Source: a virus
DNA length: 30,364 nucleotides
Virus record (IMG/VR): IMGVR_UViG_3300028805_000355
Reading direction: 5' to 3' (one strand)
Part shown: positions 1 through 6,087 of the stretch, piece after piece
Layout of the letters: each line of letters begins with the position of its first letter
Position numbering within the stretch: the stretch's first letter is position 1
Position numbers and translations under genes: made by a program
Notes under the pieces: model-generated
What the model saw: only the letters and a program-made list of their open reading frames with translations
What the model was told of the DNA's origin: nothing
Databases searched by the model: none

Positions 1-119
1 TACCCACAGGACACGATATTGATACCTCCCGCTTACGGCCTAACCGTACCTAAAATAAGGTTGTAGGTGGCATCCCAATCTCCATTGCAGTCTGTGTCCC
101 ATTGGGTTATTTATATGCA

Positions 120-169
120 GGACGCTTTTTGGAGTCGAACCAATATCCCATATGTTGCAGTATGCGTCC
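120..169 (-). ncRNA. 50-nt D-arm-less tRNA-like element (GCA-like anticodon loop)
   Basis: GGACGC...GCGUCC closing stem, CAUA-CUGCAACA-UAUG stem-loop, UUGG-UUCGACU-CCAA T-arm-like hairpin; no room for a D-arm. Confidence 0.4.
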
Positions 170-181
170 AATGTGCTTTCA

Positions 182-232
182 GGACACAACCGATTCTTCC
201 AAAGAGAGGATATGTTATTGCTGTGTGTGCCC
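182..232 (-). ncRNA. 51-nt structured element related to 120-169
   Basis: GGGCACA/UGUGUCC 7-bp closing stem; 5' part GGGCACACACAGCAAUAACAUAU resembles GGACGCAUACUGCAACAUAU. Confidence 0.3.
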
Positions 233-271
233 CAAGCAAATAGTATATAGCAGTCATAGTATTTAAATGTA

Positions 272-349
272 TGGTGGGGAATGACGGATTTGAACCGTCG
301 TCTACTGCTCCCAAGGCAGCAAGCCTAGACCAAACTAGCCCAACTCCCC
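272..349 (-). tRNA. tRNA-Pro (anticodon UGG), encoded CCA
   Basis: Minus strand GGGGAGU...AUUCCCC acceptor stem, anticodon loop CUUGGGA on a GCUGC/GCAGU stem, T-arm GACGG-UUCAAAU-CCGUC, 3' ACCA encoded. Confidence 0.93.
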
Positions 350-356
350 ATATAAT

Positions 357-443
357 TGGCCGGGAGAGAGGGATTCGAACCCCCGTGCGATCACTCGCAA
401 CGCTTTTCAAGAGCGTCGCCGTAATCCGCTTGGCTATCTCCCG
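357..443 (-). tRNA. tRNA-Ser (anticodon UGA), class II with long variable arm, encoded CCA
   Basis: CGGGAGA...UCUCCCG acceptor, anticodon loop CUUGAAA on ACGCU/AGCGU, long variable arm, T-arm GGGGG-UUCGAAU-CCCUC, 3' GCCA. Confidence 0.92.
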
Positions 444-447
444 TAAA

Positions 448-520
448 AGCCACCAGAGAGACTCGAACTCCCGATATACGGCTTACAAGACCGTGGCCTT
501 GACCGCTAGACTATGATGGC
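448..520 (-). tRNA. tRNA-Thr (anticodon UGU)
   Basis: GCCAUCA/UGGUGGC acceptor, anticodon loop CUUGUAA on ACGGU/GCCGU, T-loop UUCGAGU; discriminator U. Confidence 0.92.
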
Positions 521-523
521 ATA

Positions 524-598
524 TGGTCTGCTCCGCCGGAGTCGAACCAGCAACATAGTGATCTACAGTCACTCACTCTGCCATTGAGTTAGGAGCAG
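524..598 (-). tRNA. tRNA-Tyr (anticodon GUA), archaeal C1-G72 identity, encoded CCA
   Basis: CUGCUCC/GGAGCAG acceptor starting with C1-G72, anticodon loop CUGUAGA on AGUGA/UCACU, T-arm GCUGG-UUCGACU-CCGGC, 3' ACCA. Confidence 0.92.
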
Positions 599-602
599 TT
601 GT

Positions 603-669
603 GTTGCACAGATTTTTAGACAGGCCGTACTCTCTCACTCCGAGAGCGAGGTCGCGACGCGGGTGCAAC
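603..669 (-). ncRNA. Candidate structured RNA between tRNA-Tyr and tRNA-Thr(GGU)
   Basis: Perfect 7-bp terminal pairing GUUGCAC/GUGCAAC; TATA-like sequence at about 691-700 lies about 25 nt upstream of position 669. Confidence 0.35.
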
Positions 670-712
670 TATATCTTGATGGTTCTCATAATATATAAAT
701 GTTCCTTAAAAG

Positions 713-785
713 AGCCCCCAGAGAGACTTGAACTCTCAACCGCTTGCTTACCACGCAAGTGCTCTACCATTGGGCTATAGGGGCA
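713..785 (-). tRNA. tRNA-Thr (anticodon GGU)
   Basis: GCCCCUA/UGGGGGC acceptor, anticodon stem CUUGC/GCAAG with loop GUGGUAA, T-arm GAGAG-UUCAAGU-CUCUC, discriminator U. Confidence 0.88.
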
Positions 786-800
786 TATAATCCGATAGTA

Positions 801-874
801 TCACAACCTTTCGATTGTGACTTCCCCCGTTTTATCCCGAGCCGCATCATCCGAAGACGGTGTAGGACTCGGGT
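801..874 (-). ncRNA. Candidate structured RNA with GNRA and UUCG hairpins
   Basis: Minus strand 9-bp stem GUCACAAUC-GAAA-GGUUGUGAU (801-822) next to CCCGAG...CUCGGG (837-842/869-874) enclosing a UUCG loop. Confidence 0.35.
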
Positions 875-928
875 TTCAGGGTGTGGGCTATCGCATCTCC
901 AACTAAATGATTATAACCTTACAAATAT

Positions 929-1102
929 TTAAGGTTTACTCTCTTCAAAAATCGGTCCGCCGGGCTCTGTCGTGTTTACTATCTCGGTAGGCTCAAGTTC
1001 TGCTTTATAACAGTCAATACATTCATACGCAGCGGGTGAATTGGGATCAAGATGCTCTACCGTGTACTTTCTCCCGCAGACGTGGCATATCAGCTCGGTC
1101 AT
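929..1102 (-). CDS. Small Cys-rich (zinc-ribbon-like) protein, 57 aa; paralogue of 2351-2533; absent from supplied ORF track
   Basis: MTELICHVCGRKYTVEHLDPNSPAAYECIDCYKAELEPTEIVNTTEPGGPIFEESKP; two CxxC motifs; starts immediately after the TAA of the upstream gene. Confidence 0.8.
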   Translation of the reverse strand: MTELICHVCGRKYTVEHLDPNSPAAYECIDCYKAELEPTEIVNTTEPGGPIFEESKP

Positions 1103-1465
1103 TTACTCACTCTCTATATACTTCTTGAACTCTTGTGCATTATTGGGTACAGTGACCTGAGACAAGTCCATAATACCATAGATTCTTATGTCCTCTTGAC
1201 CTTCATCCCAATCCCACTCCCATATCCACACATCTTCACTTTCATCGTATTCTATGTAGATGCATATGCGCTCCCACTCTTCATCAGATTCCCAGCTATA
1301 CTTGACCGCGAAATCCAAAAGCACGTGGTTGGAGAGGAATCCATCGGCAAGGTTAAGATGCTCTTCGAGATAGGCGTTAATAAATTTATTTAACTGTCCT
1401 CTAGTCACTTGCAGATATTCACTCATTCCTTTACCCCCAAGCAATCTCCCCACAATACATAGCAA
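1103..1465 (-). CDS. Hypothetical acidic protein
   Basis: 120-aa ORF in compact leftward operon. Confidence 0.55.
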   Translation of the reverse strand: MLCIVGRLLGGKGMSEYLQVTRGQLNKFINAYLEEHLNLADGFLSNHVLLDFAVKYSWESDEEWERICIYIEYDESEDVWIWEWDWDEGQEDIRIYGIMDLSQVTVPNNAQEFKKYIESE

Positions 1466-1545
1466 GAATCACACGCAAATGTGGGATCGTTGTCAGATTC
1501 ACGTCTGTTACACTGGACTTTTCCGTTAACATAAGGGCACTTCAT
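1423..1545 (-). CDS. Cys-rich mini-protein, 40 aa
   Basis: MKCPYVNGKVQCNRRESDNDPTFACDSCYVLWGDCLGVKE; start overlaps the stop of the upstream gene. Confidence 0.55.
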   Translation of the reverse strand: MKCPYVNGKVQCNRRESDNDPTFACDSCYVLWGDCLGVKE

Positions 1546-1802
1546 TCATCTGCCTCCTTTTCCTCATATATCCCCTTTATCTGCGGACCATATTTTTGCA
1601 GAATTATGGCGATATTCTCATCCACCTTATCATATTTATACCCTTGGCCAATAATCAATGTAGAATCATCTTCTAACCAAGTATCATCATTGAACCAAGG
1701 TGTGCAATATCCAAACAGGTTGCAAATATCTACAACTGCGTGCTCAGTCTGCACATCAAAACAGATACGCTCCTTGAATTTCACAATTATGCGACTCATC
1801 AT
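1542..1802 (-). CDS. Hypothetical protein
   Basis: ORF with overlapping start/stop junctions in operon. Confidence 0.65.
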   Translation of the reverse strand: MMSRIIVKFKERICFDVQTEHAVVDICNLFGYCTPWFNDDTWLEDDSTLIIGQGYKYDKVDENIAIILQKYGPQIKGIYEEKEADE

Positions 1803-2143
1803 ATCCCCCTTTGATAAATCTCTCTATAATCGTGCCAGATATCCTTTACGATGTGACCAAGCCTGATATTCTGCATATCATATCCATGTTCAGATTCATA
1901 CCCTACACGAACATATTTCCCTTTAAGTTCACACCAATCTTTAGAATCAGTGATTTCGAGTAATTTCAGAATATCATATGCAGCCAAAGAGGGCTGACCC
2001 TTTCCTCCGAGATTACGATCCCCATATACTACACCCATTCCATCATCGAATAATAATCTGATGTAATAGGTCAGTATAGTATAACCGTCATTGAATCCCC
2101 CGAGAGTTGCTGATACAATCTGTGCATTCTTAATTATTTTCAT
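1799..2143 (-). CDS. Hypothetical protein
   Basis: 114-aa ORF; ATGA overlap; GGAGAGTGAATGAATG upstream (GGAG Shine-Dalgarno). Confidence 0.7.
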   Translation of the reverse strand: MKIIKNAQIVSATLGGFNDGYTILTYYIRLLFDDGMGVVYGDRNLGGKGQPSLAAYDILKLLEITDSKDWCELKGKYVRVGYESEHGYDMQNIRLGHIVKDIWHDYREIYQRGI

Positions 2144-2350
2144 TCATTCACTCTCCTTCTTTTTGGCTGAACGGAATATGTCGTAATCGAACACATACGG
2201 ACGTTTCGTATCTGCTACTTCGTTGTATCCTATCTGGTACAGCATCATCCTGTCTATCCATTCAATGATACTGTCCTCGGCTTGCATTGGGGTGGAATCC
2301 CCCTCCAATTTCATTTCGATTTCTACCGTGAACTTGCAAATATCGGCCAT
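2144..2350 (-). CDS. Hypothetical protein
   Basis: 68-aa ORF packed in operon, SD-like GGAG upstream. Confidence 0.65.
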   Translation of the reverse strand: MADICKFTVEIEMKLEGDSTPMQAEDSIIEWIDRMMLYQIGYNEVADTKRPYVFDYDIFRSAKKKESE

Positions 2351-2533
2351 TCATTCATTCTCCTGTTTCATAGGGCCAAAGGAAATGGTAGACTCACAAA
2401 ATTCAGTTTTCTCCAGATTTTCCTTATAGCAATCTATACAACTATATGCACTCGGAGAATCGGGATCATAGTTATCTACGTGATATTTCTTGCCACAAAC
2501 GTGACAAATCAAATCCCTTGGGTCAAGCCACAT
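2351..2533 (-). CDS. Small Cys-rich zinc-ribbon-like protein
   Basis: LICHVCGKKYHVDNYDPDSPSAYSCIDCYKENLEKTEF; two CxxC pairs. Confidence 0.8.
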   Translation of the reverse strand: MWLDPRDLICHVCGKKYHVDNYDPDSPSAYSCIDCYKENLEKTEFCESTISFGPMKQENE

Positions 2534-2767
2534 TCAATATCCTCTCCCAAATTTATCATAAACCTTTGAACGAATATCTATAATCTCTGAATTTGCATTT
2601 ATCTTTGCACACCTGAGGAAATATTGTAAAGTAGATGTAATGTCCTCAAATGCCCATTTAGGGTCATTTTCATACATTTCAGTAAAAATCTGCCACAATG
2701 CTTTACTGAATCCAATCATTTCACCATTCTTCACTGCTACAATATAATCTGAGTCATTATAATTCAT
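2534..2767 (-). CDS. Hypothetical protein
   Basis: 77-aa ORF in operon with 4-nt overlap with next gene. Confidence 0.65.
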   Translation of the reverse strand: MNYNDSDYIVAVKNGEMIGFSKALWQIFTEMYENDPKWAFEDITSTLQYFLRCAKINANSEIIDIRSKVYDKFGRGY

Positions 2768-2949
2768 TCATTCACTCTCCTATTCCATAACTCTATCGCT
2801 TCTTCTTTGGACATAGCATTGAACATATGATCTACCCATACATTACAGTCCTTACAAGTGATAGAACAGGTGATGGCGGTTTCACATCTTTCCACTATCA
2901 CTTTTACATCTGTCGAACCGCAGAACGGACAGGGTTTTAATTGATTCAT
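2764..2949 (-). CDS. Lar-like restriction alleviation protein
   Basis: MNQLKPCPFCGSTDVKV...CKDCNVWVDH...EEAIELWNRRV matches the Lar-type CPFCG...EAI..WN.R pattern. Confidence 0.75.
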   Translation of the reverse strand: MNQLKPCPFCGSTDVKVIVERCETAITCSITCKDCNVWVDHMFNAMSKEEAIELWNRRVNE

Positions 2950-3086
2950 TCTTCCCCCACCTCTATTTCGTATTTCTTTCTACCTTCTCTCTTCATATAT
3001 TCAACTGCTTCATCCCAACTCTTACAACATTGGGTCTCTCCCCAGCACCTACCATCGTCCCATTCGTCCCAATGAACCCAAATCAT
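2946..3086 (-). CDS. Small hypothetical protein (46 aa)
   Basis: MIWVHWDEWDDGRCWGETQCCKSWDEAVEYMKREGRKKYEIEVGEE; TGA/ATG junctions on both sides; absent from ORF track. Confidence 0.6.
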   Translation of the reverse strand: MIWVHWDEWDDGRCWGETQCCKSWDEAVEYMKREGRKKYEIEVGEE

Positions 3087-3263
3087 TCAATCACCCTCGA
3101 TGATACTGATGAGGAGGTCTATCATCTCAAGACCTGAGAGTTTTCTGGCAACCTCTGTTCCAGAGAATCCTCTGATGGTCTCGACGAGGTCCTCATAACG
3201 TGCTTCGTAACGTCCCGCCTTGTTTGCGTATGACATCGCATTGCTAAAGTTGGCTTTCTTCAT
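3087..3263 (-). CDS. Small hypothetical protein (58 aa)
   Basis: MKKANFSNAMSYANKAGRYEARYEDLVETIRGFSGTEVARKLSGLEMIDLLISIIEGD; overlaps stop of upstream gene. Confidence 0.6.
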   Translation of the reverse strand: MKKANFSNAMSYANKAGRYEARYEDLVETIRGFSGTEVARKLSGLEMIDLLISIIEGD

Positions 3264-3508
3264 TTCTTCTCACCATTGACTGCGAACAGGGGGCTCTCGC
3301 CGTGGAATGAGCACCTAAGGAACTCGATGTATGTCTTTGCCTTGTCGAGGTCCTCGTCTCCGTTCTTCGCCCTGAATCTGCACACGTATTTGAAGATGTT
3401 TCCGATGCAGTATCCCTCGAAAGCTTCAGGAGTCATTGACCTATACATGATCTCGATAGGCTGCTCCTTGACAACATCGTTTCCTTGATAATGTGCGGGA
3501 CTAATCAT
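3260..3508 (-). CDS. DUF3310 family protein
   Basis: SPAHYQG...IEIMYRSMTPEAFEGYCIGNIFKYVCRFRAKNGDEDLDKAKTYIEFL is the DUF3310 signature. Confidence 0.85.
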   Translation of the reverse strand: MISPAHYQGNDVVKEQPIEIMYRSMTPEAFEGYCIGNIFKYVCRFRAKNGDEDLDKAKTYIEFLRCSFHGESPLFAVNGEKK

Positions 3509-3948
3509 CAGTTCACCCCCGTAGAGCCGTGTCCGCCATTGCGCTCAGATATAGGTATTTCCTCGTTATTGAAGACACCGAAAGGTAGAATAATGCCCTG
3601 CATAAATCTCTTGCCCTTCTTAATAGTGAGGGGGATATCGACAGTCATAGTTGCCTTGATTGTATCCCTGTAATCCATATCGATGATTCCGACGGTGTTC
3701 CTGAGTCTGAATCCGTAGTTGCTGCCAAAACCCGATCTAGGTACAATCAGCATAAACCATCCGTTATGATAACTAATATTAGAGTGATTGTCCAAAGCGA
3801 GTACACACTCCTTACCATCGAACCGAACACCTGTGTCAATCGTAGTCCACTCGCCGGGAGTGAGTACAATGTCTTCAGGTGCATAGAAGTCGTATCCGCA
3901 ACTTCCAATGGTCTGTCTCTTAGGAATTTGTCCTGTATTAGATTGCAT
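3508..3948 (-). CDS. dUTPase-like protein
   Basis: SCGYDFYAPEDIVLTPGEWTTIDTGVRF, PRSGFGSNYGFRLRNTVGIIDMDYRDTIKATMT, KGKRFMQGIILPF, ...GGHGSTGVN motifs. Confidence 0.88.
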   Translation of the reverse strand: MQSNTGQIPKRQTIGSCGYDFYAPEDIVLTPGEWTTIDTGVRFDGKECVLALDNHSNISYHNGWFMLIVPRSGFGSNYGFRLRNTVGIIDMDYRDTIKATMTVDIPLTIKKGKRFMQGIILPFGVFNNEEIPISERNGGHGSTGVN

Positions 3949-3972
3949 AGTAGTACATCCCCAACAGTATAT

Positions 3973-4200
3973 TTAAAGATTATCCTCGTCCACGACATCC
4001 CGCCCCATCAATATGACTTCCAGAGTTATCAACGGATACCTAACCTCATCCCAACCATTCGCAAAACAATATTTTGCATAAGGATCCTTAGGGATGAATT
4101 CAAATAGATGCCTAAGTGCCATAAATGCAATACTGAACGGTTGTGTCCATTCATTGAGGGAAACTGTATCCCGATAGTATTCACCGATATTTAAACTCAT
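3973..4200 (-). CDS. Hypothetical protein
   Basis: 75-aa ORF, first gene of leftward unit. Confidence 0.6.
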   Translation of the reverse strand: MSLNIGEYYRDTVSLNEWTQPFSIAFMALRHLFEFIPKDPYAKYCFANGWDEVRYPLITLEVILMGRDVVDEDNL

Positions 4201-4253
4201 ATTTTTATATAATTATCTCATTATTTATATATTTCGATATATATCGATAATGT

Positions 4254-4934
4254 ATGCCAGATGCGGATAAACCTATTAGAATGACTGAAAAGGATTTAAT
4301 CAAGAAACAAGAGGTTACTGAACCTGTCAATATCAGCGATTCGCTGGTGACAATGATTAGGTCCTCCGCACCCAAGGCCGATTGGAAACTGACAGACGAG
4401 ATTGTCGAGAACATCTGTCACAATCTGGGACACGGTGTACCTATCGAGGCTTGCGCGGCTTGCGTCTGTGTGACTCCGCATACATTGAAGAACTGGTTGA
4501 AGAAAGGTCAGGACGAGGTCTGTAATCTGACACAGGAAGAGGTCGATGGGGCGGAGAATATCTTGGATATCCTTTCACCTTACGGTAAATTATTCCTGAG
4601 ACAAGCACAGGCGAAAGGGAATCTGTTGGCCACGATTATGGACGCGATTTACGACAGGATGTTCGAGCAACATAATGAGTGGTTGCTGACATATCTCGCG
4701 GAACGTGTGGATCCCGAGACATTCAACCTCAAATACAAGACTGAAATGAAGAAGATTGACAACACCAATGTCAATACAGGTACGCAGAATTTCGTCAATA
4801 TCACATTCGTCAATGGAATGGATGGAAGACCCGCTGACGAGGTTCAATTCCTGCAAGACAGTCTCGCACATCTCAAAGAAAAATATGCAAATAAACACGG
4901 TCAGGTAATTGACGCGGAATCTCAATCAGAATAA
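4254..4934 (+). CDS. Terminase small subunit (probable)
   Basis: Helix-turn-helix-like N-terminus (PIEACAACVCVTPHTLKNWLKKG) and position upstream of terL. Confidence 0.7.
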   Translation: MPDADKPIRMTEKDLIKKQEVTEPVNISDSLVTMIRSSAPKADWKLTDEIVENICHNLGHGVPIEACAACVCVTPHTLKNWLKKGQDEVCNLTQEEVDGAENILDILSPYGKLFLRQAQAKGNLLATIMDAIYDRMFEQHNEWLLTYLAERVDPETFNLKYKTEMKKIDNTNVNTGTQNFVNITFVNGMDGRPADEVQFLQDSLAHLKEKYANKHGQVIDAESQSE

Positions 4935-5719
4935 CGCCATATATATCCGTGGGCAGTCTTCTTTTTGCCACGAGCACATCTTGATAGGTGTGTGGCATTC
5001 TGTTTAGGTATGCCAGATTTTTCACAAGCTTCTACAAGAGAATTGTATTCATCCAAAAATTCCCCATCTAGTGAATATTTCCTAATTTTGCGGTTGTTTA
5101 CTGTACACATCTTGGCCCTATATTCGGGATTTTGCCAACAGGTTTTTAACTAGGTATTTTTCCATTCGAGATATTCAGGAGTAGTTAGTGCTTTCTTGAT
5201 ATTGGCTTTGTGTGTTTCATCCATTGGTTTGTTATAATACGGCCTATGTAATCTGAATAAATATTGGGGATCTGACATCAATTTAGCAAAATCATTATAA
5301 TAATTATAATGTTCCTCTGCCCATTTATATCTCGCATCAGATATTTTCTTTTTAGAATATTGAGACATATATTTGCTCGTACTGCCACCAGACTCCAAAT
5401 TGTACCCATTAGGGTACATTGAATTATATTTCAAAATATAATATTGCTCTGCTCTATCTAAATCAGATAGTTTACACAGATTGATAATAAATAAGCTATA
5501 AGAATATTTACCGCAAGATAATGCATTGTCGAAATACCTTGTACGTTTATCATATTGATTGTGCATATGCTGATTATGCCTGATTTTCAATGGCTGAATA
5601 GTCTGCCCAATATAATATTTATTACTTGATAATTGGTATAAGTATATACACCCATAACCTTTGCGAGGCCTGAATGTTAATGCGTTGAAACCATATATTA
5701 TTGGAATATTCTCGTACAT
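4922..5719 (-). CDS. GIY-YIG homing endonuclease with C-terminal NUMOD1-like domain, interrupted by one in-frame TAG (5150-5152)
   Basis: GYGCIYLYQLSSNKYYIGQTIQPLKIRHNQH (GIY-YIG) ... PEYLEWKNT-TAG-LKTCWQNPEYRAKMCTVNNRKIRKYSLDGEFLDEYNSLVEACEKSG; same frame across TAG; SD-like GAGAGG before MYEN. Confidence 0.8.
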
Positions 5720-5829
5720 TTCCTCTCCTCGTACAATGAACACGCGGAAATATGCGTGTACGAGGCACATACTTTCGAGTTTCGAACCTCTATCCGCACA
5801 AGACATATGACTTTTCTACTATTTAAATC

Positions 5830-5843
5830 TTTATATATCTCAG
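5830..5843 (+). promoter_or_regulatory. Archaeal TATA-type promoter motif TTTATATATCTCAG upstream of terL
   Basis: Motif ends 16 nt before ATG 5860; near-identical motifs at 17913, 18525 and 18904. Confidence 0.75.
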
Positions 5844-5859
5844 AATAATTACTTTTAGT

Positions 5860-6087
5860 ATGGACGGCGTACCAACCAACATCGAAATTCTGGAACATTT
5901 CAAGTTCCTGTGGGATGGTACTAGTGACCCTTATAGGTTTGTAGTGTTACAAGGAGGTGCAGGATCAGGTAAGAGTAAGTCCATCTGCCAAAGACTAGTG
6001 TATATGTTTCTCACATACGCCGATATAAACATTTATATCGTCAGGGCAAATATGCCCGCGTTGAAGAGAAGTGTGTACCTAGGTTAA
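5860..6087 (+). CDS. Terminase large subunit, N-terminal ORF (Walker A)
   Basis: FVVLQGGAGSGKSKSICQRLVYMFLTYADINIYIVRANMPALKRSVYLG, ending GGT TAA. Confidence 0.85.
   Translation: MDGVPTNIEILEHFKFLWDGTSDPYRFVVLQGGAGSGKSKSICQRLVYMFLTYADINIYIVRANMPALKRSVYLG

Noticed and set aside
111-516. Plus-strand ORFs 111..410 and 271..516 in the ORF track
   Set aside because: They lie over clear minus-strand tRNA genes and tRNA-like elements; DGFEPSS/RGIRTPVR strings are typical translations of T-arm sequence, not proteins.
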